In this document: one piece after another, positions 27,900 through 39,960 of the stretch
Layout: the number at the start of each line of letters is the position of its first letter
Position numbering within the stretch: position 1 is the stretch's first letter
NCBI RefSeq assembly: GCF_009914755.1
Contig: NC_060927.1
DNA: 64,000 nucleotides
Strand: one strand, 5' to 3'
Source: the human T2T-CHM13v2.0 reference genome, Homo sapiens
Notes under the pieces: model-generated
Told to the model about the DNA's origin: nothing
The model's input: only the letters and a program-made list of their open reading frames with translations
Database searches by the model: none
Program-made: the position numbers and the translations under genes

Positions 27900-28960
27900 A
27901 GCTCCGTGGCGGACAAAGGCAAAGAAGACTCAAGGAGAAGAGTAAAATATTCTGTGATCAAAATATCTCAAAACACACCAGGACAAATAATCTCCCTCAA
28001 GGAAGCTCCTGCAAATAGCTAGACCAAGAAAAAAAATGGTCAAATAACTAGACCAAGAAAAGTATTTTGTCATGAACTTTTAAAAATTTATTTCTCTTTA
28101 ACAAGTTAAGGCCACAGAATCTCAAATAACAGATTGTAAGAAGAGGAAATGGTGAGAAAAAGAGGTGAATTAAGTATTGCAAGAACTCAGAAGAAAATTG
28201 AAAGAAAAAATCATTATATAAATAAAGACAAAATTAAACGAAAACTAGAGAGAATAAATATTGTGGGAGAAAATTGTGATTACCATAGATTGTAGATATT
28301 AGAAAAGCAATCAAAACAAGACAAATAAGGAAAAGTTTGAAAAGGAAGATGGAGAAATTGAAAGATTTTTTTAAAACAGGCTAATGAGATCCACCATAAA
28401 TACAATTGTTGTCTTAAAAGAACAGTAGGTCAGAACAAATTTTTGAAATTATAATTCGTGTACATTTTCTTGAAATAAAAGTTGAATTTTCATGTTGAAG
28501 TGGCATAGCATATGTCTGTGACAACTGACCTAGAACAGTCAGCACTGACACAAATTGTAGTAAAATTTTTGAACTTTAAGGATTAAAAAGAAATCACCTG
28601 GTTTGTCAGGCAAATCAATCAGGACACCTATAAGGAAAAGAACCAGACTCAAACTGATTTCTTCCACAGCATCCTTCAAAGCCAAAAGACAGTAAAGCAG
28701 TACCTACAAGATCCTCAAGGGGAAACATGTCAGCAAGAATTTTATAGCCAGCCAAGCTATCTTTCTGAATAGAGGCTATAGAAAAACAGTGTTGAAAATA
28801 TAAATCAGGGAATATTTTTCTCATGAGCCCTTTGGAGGAAATGTCTAGGCAACAAATTCTAACCAACTGAGAGAGAACTGGAGAAAACATAGCAAAATCA
28901 CTGATAGTGTGCATTCAATAAATTTAACCTCAGAACTAAGATTAAAATAAATGTAGGGAT
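27900..28960 (+). mobile_element. HAL1 / old L1 ORF1-like fragment
   Basis: A-rich with tagtaaaatttttgaactttaagg and agaattttatagccagccaagctatc resembling the L1 ORF1 C-terminal region. Confidence 0.6.
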
Positions 28961-29194
28961 TACAAGGACATCAGATTGTAAGTATGTACATACTCTGTGC
29001 CAAGCAATGACCTTCATAGCTGTATTCCCTAGAGAAACACGTGTGCAAGAAGACATCTTTAAAAAATTTATTGCAGCATTGTTTATAATAGAAAAAAATT
29101 CCACAAAAATTGAAACAACCTAAATGTTCATCAAAGTTTAAAAGCATGCAAAACTGTACTATACAATGTTTATAGATAAATATATAGTTAAAAT

Positions 29195-29846
29195 TGGGAT
29201 GGGCTACCTAATTTGCAGGGCTTAATTAAAAAATGAAAGCCTGAGCTCTAATATACTATTTGACAAGTGCTGTCTTGAACCAGTTTTGAAGTAATGGGTG
29301 AAAATCTCAGTTTCCCTTCACTGGCAGTTTGCTAAGCCCCCACGCCAACCACTACCCTTATCACTCTCCAGGGCCACCACGCATACCCCCCAAGTGTGTC
29401 CCACATAGCGGTCCAACACTCTGGGGTCCAGCAACAGACAACTAGAGACAGCCCTAGAGCAGAGGAAATTATTCAAATTAGCCAATCCACAAGGACCCCA
29501 GGAGACCTAGCTATGCCACCCTACTTGTCTTAGATAAGCTGCCTTATACAGCCCCAGCTTGCTGTTATCCTGTCCGTGGAGGCAACTCTGTGTGGTCCTG
29601 TTTGACATCCTTCTCTCATTTGCAGCTGTAAGAAACAAAGAGTTCTGCCTTTCATCTATCCAAATGTCAATGTGTTGTATCCCACCATCAAAAGAGTTTT
29701 TGAATCTCTCAAAACAAAGACCACTTGCCTTGTTCAAAAATTATTAACACTTCAAAACAGTGACAGCTGAGCCTTAAAATAAACATGGGGCTATTATCAA
29801 CACAGGTTCAGTGCAACAGGGTTACATGCTCATACACCTGGCCCTG
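29195..29846 (-). mobile_element. MER45A-like hAT MITE split by an LTR
   Basis: ggctacctaatttgcagggc...aaaatgaaa resumes as ccttgttcaaaaattattaa...cctggccctg, with 8-bp TSD GTTAAAAT/GTTAAAAC (29187-29194 and 29847-29854). Confidence 0.75.
29248..29716 (+). mobile_element. MER74-like ERVL solo LTR
   Basis: gacaactagagacagccc, aaattattcaaattagccaatcc, aaagagttctgcctttcatctatcc, ends aaaaca. Confidence 0.7.
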
Positions 29847-30269
29847 GTTAAAACTTTGAAACACACATGTGACTCATAAATATTAAATTCAGAATAGTAT
29901 TTACCTCTAGGGAAGGAGAGAGGAGAATTGGATTAGCAAGGAGAACTGAGGTTTTCAAGAGTTAGATCTTTTATTTTATTAAGATAAAATAAAAGATAAA
30001 TCATAAAGATAAATAAATTTATTTTATAAAAATAAATTTTAAAATCTGAGCCAAATATGAAGAAACATTAAGATTTGATAAAGCTGATATCTCTCACAAA
30101 ATATGTGGATGTTTGTCATATTTTCTGTCACTTCCATTTCACTTTTTAAAAAAATAATTAATACAGTAATGATTCATACAGAGGACCACTTGCAATTAAA
30201 AGCTAAAACAGTATTCAAAAAGCTTTAGGTTGTACTTTAGAATATACAAGCCCTATGATCAATACTGAA

Positions 30270-30830
<561 letters not shown>

Positions 30831-30944
30831 TATCACCTTAAAGATTAATATTTGTCCTTAAGATTCAATTTTATCAACTTTCAAATGGTATTAATATTAA
30901 TTGGGTGTATTTCATAGCATTCTAATGAGAATTAAAGGATACAG

Positions 30945-32351
30945 AGTTGGACGGGTGCAGAGTTGCTTCTGGAAGAAATATGACACCTGCCCAAGGAGAA
31001 CCCCAAATTTAGTACAAACTTGCATTGGTGATGGTAGTACTGGAAAACTACCCTCATGAAATATCATTTGACTGCTGAATTTGAGATATAGCCACCGTGG
31101 GTGTGGAGCTCCATCCCCTTTCGTTCCACACTGATATGGTCTGGCTTTGTGTCCCCATACAAATAGCATATTGAATTGTAATTCCCGATGTTGCGGGAGG
31201 GATCTGGTGGGAGGTTATTGGATCATGGGGGCAGATTTCCCCCATGCTGTTCTCGTGACAGTGAGTTCTCACAAGATCTGATGGTTTAAAATGCGTGGCA
31301 CTTCCCCCCTTCACTCTCTCTCCTGCCACCATGTGAAGAAGGTCCTTGCCTCCCCCTTTGCCTTCTGCCATGATTGTAAGTTTCCTGAGGTCTCCCAGTC
31401 ATGCTTCCTATTAAGCCTGTGGAACTATGACTCAATTAAACTTCTTTTCTTAAGTTACTCAGTCTCAAGTAGTTCTTTATAACTGTGAGAATGGACTCAT
31501 ACACCAACAAAGGGCCCATTAAGTTCAATGGATGGGACACAGCTGGCCCGGAGAAATTTGGCAAACTGAGAGATGGCTGATGGCTATTATATCCAAGCCC
31601 AGGGTGCCCTAATGCTTAATGTAACATCAAGAGTTACAAGAAGGTGCCTGACGTAGAGATCTGGTATGAGTGTATGAAAACACCCCCATCATGTTTTGTG
31701 GCAAAAAAAAAAAGGATGTTAAGCCAGAAAATGAAGACAAAGTTTACTCTCTTCTATTAAACAAAGAGTCTTTAGTACTATAACATTTATGTCAAAAATA
31801 ACTACAACTTTGAAAAGTCCTTCCTCTGGCCTGCTAAGAAGCTCACTGAAGACCCCAGCCTGAAGTTTGTAGCCATGCCTGCTCTTGCCCCACCACAGGT
31901 TTTCCTGGACCCAGCTTTGGCAGTGCAATATGAGCATGATTTAGAGGTTGCTCAGACAACTGCTCTCCTGGATGAGAAGGATGACCTGTGAGAAAATAAA
32001 GCTGGAGCCCAGAGTCAGAAGTCTAACTTCATAGGCAACTGTCCTGTGATGTCGTGGTTGAGCATGTTTGCCACTTTATTATACAGCTAAGCAGAAGGTC
32101 TGCTTTAACTTTGGGATACTGAAGGAGATAAATGGACTTCAGAGTAAATGTAACCACTAAAAAAAAATTTTTTTTGAGCCTGCATAATTAGCTGTTTTGG
32201 AACACAGCTGTTTCCTTCCTGAGTTTCAAACGCTGTATAAGACCTATACAGTCGCAACACAGTATTCAACAGTGAAATGTTTCTTACTCTTATTCTCATC
32301 CCTTTTTGTTTAGAATCATAATAAAGTTGTATTTCAAATATCTAAAAAAAA
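30945..32351 (+). pseudogene. RAN: Processed (retro)pseudogene of the small GTPase RAN, interrupted by an MST LTR
   Basis: Translated pieces AQGEPQ, GDGSTGK (P-loop), ATVGVELHP-SFH|[85 protein letters not shown] match Ran. Intronless, with stops (TAG 31010) and frameshifts, stop codon 31989-31991, AATAAA 32320, A-tail 32344-32351, and degenerate TSD agaattaaaggatacag (30928-30944) / agaactaaagaatgcag (32351-32367). Symbol is the parent gene, RANP number not determined. Confidence 0.96.
31132..31503 (+). mobile_element. MSTA-type MaLR solo LTR inside the RAN pseudogene
   Basis: tgatatggtctggctttgtgtcccc...gttctttataactgtgagaatggactcataca, with Ran sequence stopping at FH and resuming at TNKGPIKF. 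Confidence 0.94.
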
Positions 32352-32562
32352 GAACTAAAGAATGCAGGTTAGTCAATACAGCATTAATGTTTACCATCAG
32401 TATATTATTATCATCATCATCACATAATTGAAAAGTATATTAGAGATAGTTACAAACAAAAACAAACAAAGCCAAGAATGCAAGAATATACATTATTGTA
32501 ATATAAAGTATAAAGGAAGATGAATCAAAGTAATTACAAATATACTCTAAAAAAATTAAGGA

Positions 32563-32691
32563 GGCCAGGAGTGGTGGCTCATGCCCGTAATCCCATCCCA
32601 GCACTTTGGGAGGCCAAGGCAGGTGGATCTCTTGAGCCTCAGAGTTCGAAACCAGTCTGGGAAACCTGGTGAAACCCAGTATCTACAAATA

Positions 32692-32788
<97 letters not shown>

Positions 32789-32940
32789 CAAAAAAATAGC
32801 CCAATATGGTATCATACACCTGTAGTCCTAGCTACTCAAGAAGCTAAGGCAGGAAAATTGCTTGAGCCTGGGAGGCAGAGGTTGCAGTGAATCAAAATTG
32901 CACCATTGCACTCCAGCGTTAAAAAAAATAAAAATAATAA
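32563..32940 (+). mobile_element. AluJ-like element with expanded middle linker
   Basis: Both monomers recognisable, linker replaced by (TA)n(CA)n. Confidence 0.9.
32689..32790. repeat. Compound (TA)n-(CA)n microsatellite
   Basis: Over 20 pure TA units, then aaaa, then about 16 CA units. Confidence 0.98.
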
Positions 32941-33212
32941 TTTTAAAATAAAATATTAAAGGAAATATATTTACTTGTACATTTGCTTGTTTTTGAATTG
33001 TCCCCTTTTCTAGCATAAAAAGGAAATTGAGATTCATGATTTATCTGCATAATTTCTACCACTATTAATTTTTATAATATTTTTCTCTTTTTAAACTGCA
33101 ATATTAACTGTCCTCTAAAGACTTGGGAATATTCATCAGTATAAAGATTTGTGAGAAAACAATATAGGTAAGACTCCTTGATTAGAATAAAGGGCAAGAT
33201 TCAGTAGATTAA

Positions 33213-33541
<329 letters not shown>

Positions 33542-33623
33542 TAAAGTCACTATTCTTTACTAAATGCGTGTGTAGAGAATGCTAGAAATCTTTTTTAATA
33601 TTGCTGGTCATAAAATAATTAGT

Positions 33624-33874
33624 ATTTTATTTATGTAATGATTCTGGAATAAGTATATTTTGGAGAGTGTTTTGTGCCCAGTCTCTAAATCACTTAGTCA
33701 CTTACACTCCCACCCCCAAAATATGCAAGCAGTTTAGTCCTTGGAGAGATGAAGAAAGTGATCCCTGGCCCAAAATGACTGAAAGATTGGGAATATTAGA
33801 GTTTCACAGGAGGCTGGAACTCCCTCTTTGAGATGTAAACTCACCAAACAGATTCTAAATGGCCTAAAAATGAC
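33624..33874 (+). repeat. Local direct repeat, copy 1 (~250 bp)
   Basis: Hand-aligns to 34604-34852 with about 29 substitutions and 4 small indels. Confidence 0.93.
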
Positions 33875-33960
33875 TGCTCAGCATTGTAGACAGGTGGGTC
33901 TCAGAAGCCACAATCCCATTAGCAACAGGTGGCTCTCCAGGAGATGACAGGGAAACAGGA

Positions 33961-34410
33961 TGTCATCTGTCTGTCCCTCTGGGCCACACCACATCCTGCC
34001 CTTCTCCAGGGCTCTGTACCTGAAGCTGACCTGCAGCACTGCATCAACAGATTCCCTTGCCCTCTCTTGTTGGCATATGGATGGTTTTAGCCAAGTAGGG
34101 GACAGCAGCAGGAGAATGGAATGAGGAAGAAAATAAGGTCAAGCATTTGTGCCCCTGGCTCCCACCCTCTCAGTTTGCAGCAGACACACTGACTTCTCTA
34201 CTTGTGGCTGAAGCTCCTTGGGCAACCCTCTCCTTAGAGTTCCCTGTTCCATTTTCAGCCATCACTCCCCGCCACTGCCCTTCAAGTTCAGAGATAGAAA
34301 TGGGCACCCCACAATTCCTAGCCTGAGGGGACTGCAGAGGTTGTTTCCCTAAAACTTGCCCACACTGTTATTAGGCTCTTTTCAAATCATTCACTGTGAA
34401 GGTCCTGTTG
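33961..34410 (+). mobile_element. LTR33-like ERVL solo LTR
   Basis: catctgtctgtccctc, gctgacctgcagcactgcatcaacagattcccttgccctct, cagcaggaga...aggtcaagcatttgtgcccctggctccc. Confidence 0.75.
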
Positions 34411-34603
34411 CCATCCAAGGAAGAGAAGAAGAAAAGTGCAATGTCCAAATGAGGAAGAGACACATGCATAAATGTTAAATGCTCTGTAGATGACTCAGCC
34501 ACCCACCATTCCCAACCAGGGTTAATGTTTTCATTTTAGTGAAGAAAGTATTATTAAGTAAATCTTATATAGTTAAATATACTAAATTATAATGAACACC
34601 ATC

Positions 34604-34852
34604 ATTTTAATTATTTCATGCTTCTGAAATAAGTTTATATTTTGCAGAGTGCTTTTGCCCAGTCTTTAAATCATTTAGTCACTCACACTCCCACCCCCAA
34701 AACACGCAAGCAGTTTAGTCCTTGGAAAGATGAAGAAACTGAACCCTGGTCCAAAATAACTAAAAGACTTGGAACATTAGAGTTTCACAGGAGGCTAGAA
34801 ACCCACTTTGGGATCTAACCTCACCACACAGATTCTAAGTGGCCTAAATGAC
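34604..34852 (+). repeat. Local direct repeat, copy 2 (~250 bp)
   Basis: Offset about 980 bp from copy 1, shares acactcccacccccaaaa, gcaagcagtttagtccttgga and attagagtttcacaggaggct. Confidence 0.93.
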
Positions 34853-36093
34853 ATTTCTATCTGACCATAATTCCTACCCACAAACTTTAATATGCCTGGC
34901 TTAACACCAGTGTTAGCTCACCAAGATAAATGATGGCTTTCATTCCCTGATAACCCATGCTGCAATTGGAGAGGTGAATTTAAATTAATAATATCACACA
35001 CTGGAAAAGTGTGTGCTGCCCTGTCAATCCTACTTCCAATTACGTGTTCTGGATCAAAAGGAGACTTCCAGAAGGAAGTTAGTCCCTGAGTTTTTCATCT
35101 CCTTCCCTTCCAAATAGAGCCCAGGGTGCCCTCCTGTGTATAAAGTAAAAACAAATCTCCACTGTTGACAATATTATTAAGATAAGTTTATGTGTGAGTG
35201 TTTATTTTACTAACAAAAATATATAATTTGGGTGGCAGCTTTTTAAACGAACATGCTTAATAAGTTGTTGTACTGTTGGCATCATTGTTTTTGAGTCAAG
35301 CATATGTATTGTTTATATTTGGAGTTGGGGTTCTCAGGAGTGGGGACAAGTCCAAGACACAAGCCTTGTTTTATTCTAAACTCAAAATTCAGAAGGCCAA
35401 ATAACTAAATGATATTTCCATCTTATAAATAATTATAATTTGAGATTTAAAATAATTACTAGAATGTTCTAATACCTAACAACATATTATGACAAAGTTT
35501 ACCAACTCTCATTAGGCACATCAAAGGCTTTCTCTCATCAGGGCTTTTACCTACATTAATTTGCCTGAGATATCACCTTTCCACAGCAGAGGACCCCTAA
35601 GTTGTCATGGTTTTTGTCATGACCTTATAAAGTTCTCCATTTTCAGAAGGATTGTTAGAAAAAATCCAGTTCAACAACCTGCAAAAGGCCCCACTTGTCT
35701 ATCAATGAAGATTTGATTAAGGTTAGGCTATGAAGCACAACTTCCAAGCAAATTTCTAAAGAAATGTTCAGGCAATTAAAATAATGTATCCATTTACCTC
35801 CTGAGGAAGCTATCCATCACACTTCCAAAATCACAGTTTTGGAAGACAAGAAACACCCATTATAGAATTTGTTTCTTCATGAAAACATTAATAACCAGCC
35901 ATATTTTTATAGCTGGAGAGCAATTTGATTTAACTTTGGAGAGTAAATTGTCTTTTTCTTTTGCAGAGGATTTACTTTGAGTTACTTACATATTCCTGCA
36001 TTCTCATCTATTTGTTGTGTTCTAGTGTCCTCCAATGGATATTCTCGATAGTACTGGTACTGCAGAATCTATCTGGCTCTGAAAATCACCAGG

Positions 36094-36219
36094 AGTCTGG
36101 ATGGGACGTGAGCTTTGTGGGTAAATAACCCCTTGAAGAAATCCAGTTCCCCTAGTCTGGATGGGACGTGAGCTTTGTGGGTAAATAACCCCTTGAAGAA
36201 ATCCAGTTCCCCTAGTCTG
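36094..36219. repeat. Perfect 60-bp tandem duplication
   Basis: AGTCTGGATGGGACGTGAGCTTTGTGGGTAAATAACCCCTTGAAGAAATCCAGTTCCCCT twice, followed by a third AGTCTG. Confidence 0.98.
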
Positions 36220-36579
36220 AGCTGAAATGAAGTAGCACTTAAGGCACATCCAAAAATCATTCTCCTTAAAAGAAGATGAGTTCCAGACTCATTTGTATTC
36301 AATCCCATCATTTCCCTTTTCTTTTTATCATATTAAACAATCTTGAAAGTAGTGGACCCATTTATATAAAAGTTACTGTTGAAAAATGTAGAAAAAGTAT
36401 AATTTGGTGGCTGGAATTTAGAGGTATGTGGCACAGTGATAGACTGGATATCAAAGTAAGACACGATTAATGTTCTTTTATTACCCTAGAGAACACAGAA
36501 AGTATTCTAGAGCAATGACGTTTGACTCAAACACAGTTTGTTACACAAAATAAGAAAAGATAAAGACTAAAACCATTTA

Positions 36580-36855
<276 letters not shown>

Positions 36856-37501
36856 TTAATAGATAGCCCAAGTAATTATAGCAAAACTCAGGACTATTTT
36901 TGTAAATTGATTTGTATGTGGGTAGGGGGAAATCTAACAACCACATGTTCTAAATTTTCTGTTATTTACATTTTAAATCACTCCTCCCACATCCCACAAC
37001 AGGTGTTGAATCTTGTATTAAATCGTGTCCCAATTTCGATCCAGAAAATACAGTGACTCGCTCAAACTATGGGTTTGAGAAGGAGCACACAAAGAGGAAC
37101 TGGGGTCTGTTGAATATATGAGAATAACTCCTTGAGCAGATAAGAATTTGAACCACGCCCTACTTTCACACAAAGCGAGAAGATAGCTGAAATATGGTAT
37201 CTGATACTTCATGGGTGTGCTTCCCTAATGCATATGTTATCCTATCAGTTATGTGTATCTAATATTTCACAGGTGTATATGTTTTCCTAATGCATATAGG
37301 CTACAGAGGTTACAGTCCCATAAACCTTTTAAAATAACCATGTAACACTATAGCCTTTAAAATCTGAAGTAGTACCATAAGGTACTCTAACCATATGCAG
37401 GGACAATATTATGGGTATGATTCTCTCACCTACTCCACCCATTTCATGGGAATTCTGAAGACCGCTATTGTGCCTGCAAAATAGAAGATCTGGAAAGTTT
37501 C

Positions 37502-38172
37502 CTTTTTTCTATTTTTATTTTAGGTTCAGGGAGTACATGTGCAGGTTTTTTACATGGCTAAATTGCAGGATATGCAGAAGATTGAAACTGGACTCCTTCC
37601 TTTCACCATAGACAAAAATTAACTTAAGATGGATTTAAAACTTAAATGTAAGGCCTAAAACAATGAAACTATAGAAGAAAACCTAGGAAATACCAATGTG
37701 GACATCAGCCTTGGCAAAGAATTTATGATTAATTCCCTGATACGGTTTGGATTTCTGTCCCTGCCCAAATCTCATGTCAAATTGTAATCTCCAATGTTGG
37801 AGGGGTGGCCTGGTAGGAGGTGATTGGGTCATGGGGGCCATTTCTCATGAGTGGTTTAGTACCATCCCCTTTGTGCTGTTCTCGTGATAACAAGTGAGTT
37901 CTCATGAGATCTCGTTAAGAGTGTGTAGCACCTCCCCTTTTCCTTGCTCCTGCTCCCACCATGTGAGATGCCTCGCTCCTCCTTTGCCTTCCTGAGGCCT
38001 CCCCAAAAATAGAAGCTGCTATGCTTCCTGTACAGAACTGTGAACCAATTAAACCTCTTTTCTCTATAAAAGAAACAGACTAAAGCAGTCCTCAAAAGCA
38101 ATTGCAAAAAAAAAAAAAAAAATTGACAAGCCAGACCTAATTAAACTAAAGAGCTTCTGCACAGCAAAAGAT
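37502..38172. mobile_element. L1PB/L1MA-like insertion with inverted segments, interrupted by MSTB
   Basis: Minus-strand L1 3' terminus (T-rich, ttcagggagtacatgtgcaggtt) abuts plus-strand late-ORF2 sequence (tatgcagaagattgaaactggac...aaactaaagagcttctgcacagcaaaaga). Confidence 0.8.
37738..38087 (+). mobile_element. MSTB-type MaLR LTR with internal deletions
   Basis: tgatacggtttggatttctgtccctgcccaaatctcatg, ctcatgagtggtttagtaccatcccc, tgaaccaattaaacctcttt. Confidence 0.88.
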
Positions 38173-38329
38173 ACATCCTATATGTTTTCTGCTTATTCTA
38201 TTGATAACAGGATGGGAGAAAATATTTGCAGACTGGAATGTTTCTAAGCAGACAGATATTTTAATAAAATTATGAATCATAGCCCTCAAGGAATTCCAAT
38301 CATCAGATGTTAATTTTGGATTATGAATA

Positions 38330-38654
38330 CTGGTGTCCCTTAGTATCCATGAAGAATTGGTTTCAGGAACCCCTGTGGATACCAAAATCTGTGGATGCTC
38401 AAGTCCCTGATATAAAATGGCATGGTATTTACATAAAACCTATGCACACCCTCTCATATACTTTAAAACATCTCCATATTACTTATAATGCCTAACACAA
38501 CGTAAACGCTATGTATATAGTTGTTTACTGTATTGTTTAGAGGATAATGACCAAAAAAGTCTGTACATGTTCAGTACAGATCCAACCAACGATTTTTTTT
38601 CTGAATATTTTCAATCCACGCTTTGTAGAACCCATAAGTACAGAAGACTGACTG
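38330..38654. mobile_element. MER2 (Tigger-derived MITE)
   Basis: ggataccaaaatctgtggatgctcaagtccctgatataaaatggc...gactgactg, flanked by TA. Confidence 0.88.
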
Positions 38655-39739
38655 TACTAACTAAACTAAATTAGACTAAGTAAACTAAACTGAACTAAAA
38701 CCAGATAACAGCTATGACACATCCTAAAAGCAAGTAAGTAATAACTATCAGTAAGTTAAATGCAAATGTGAACTACATGTATTTGTTCATGGGAACCTGA
38801 TTATAGTTCTAATTATAGGGCTATGAGTCCCACTGAGCTGTACCATCAAGAGGAGAGTAAGTCTCTTATCAGTTCATTCCACCATGTTTATTGACAAACA
38901 AACTATAGAGAAGAGGAAAGCACATGAAGATACTGCATGCAAGTGTGCACATATGCATAACTATAAATATGAAAATGGCTGTACCAGTAACAACCTCATA
39001 CCAGCAAAACCCAGCATCTCCTGAGAAAAGTTCACCAAGTTTTTGAGAATCTAGTGAGATAACCATCAGAAATAGAAGAATAAATGGTATTTCCTAAATG
39101 CACTGTACCAGTATCTCTGGTTGTACATCTTCTATCACCAAGATGGTTGAGATGCTCCTCCTGCCATAAGGTGGTACCCAGCACATATCCAGGGCAGCTT
39201 ACATGAATAATTGCTCCAGCTCTCAGTGGCTTGAAGGCAGGCACTTGAGCCTCCAGAAGTTCTGGTGTAACCTTCACTCACTCAGGCATTATCATTCACA
39301 ACTGTGCTCTTCTGGTAAGGTTCTTGCCGTATAGAAGTTTATAATTTTTGGAGAATCCAGCTGATCTTCCTGCTAAGTATCCTAACTATGTGGACTTCCT
39401 TCTATATTCTTCAGACTAATAAACCTTATTTGATTGACTCATCCCTGAGCTGTCTCTGGGTTCTCCATCAACCTGAAGCTAGTATTTTTATTTGTCAATA
39501 AAAATTTATTTGTCACATAGTAATTCACATAGACTAAAACCTGTCTAAGAAATTTCATTATGAAATTTATGTTTATGAATACATTGTCTCCTGTGATGAT
39601 CAAATTCACTCTGGTAATTCAATAATCACACATTTCAGAAGTCATTAGAAAAAAACTGCAGCTCCAAATAGCCAACATGACATTTCAGCAGGTATATCTT
39701 GGTATTATGACTACCTGTCTCAATCTGGGGCCTACATTG

Positions 39740-39960
39740 GAGTGCAAATTGGAATATGTTTATTTCATGGTAGTAGAAGAAGCTCAAGAAGGCAAGCCCA
39801 AATGTGTAGGTCCATTGTCCAAACCAAGTTACATAGCCAAGAGCAAAGTCAAGGGTCAGGGAAATACACTCTGCTCACGCTAAAGTGATGGCAAGAATGT
39901 AGATATATAAAACTACTACTGAGAGGGGAAGACGTAATACAAATAACTCAATCTACCACA
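39740..39960 (-). mobile_element. Old MLT1 LTR fragment
   Basis: ccattgtccaaaccaagttacatagccaagagcaaagtcaagggtcagggaaatacactc...aatctaccaca. Confidence 0.6.

Noticed and set aside
33624-34852. Direct repeats as paired LTRs of a novel retroelement
   Set aside because: No TG..CA termini, TSD, primer-binding site or polypurine tract visible. Kept only as a local duplication.
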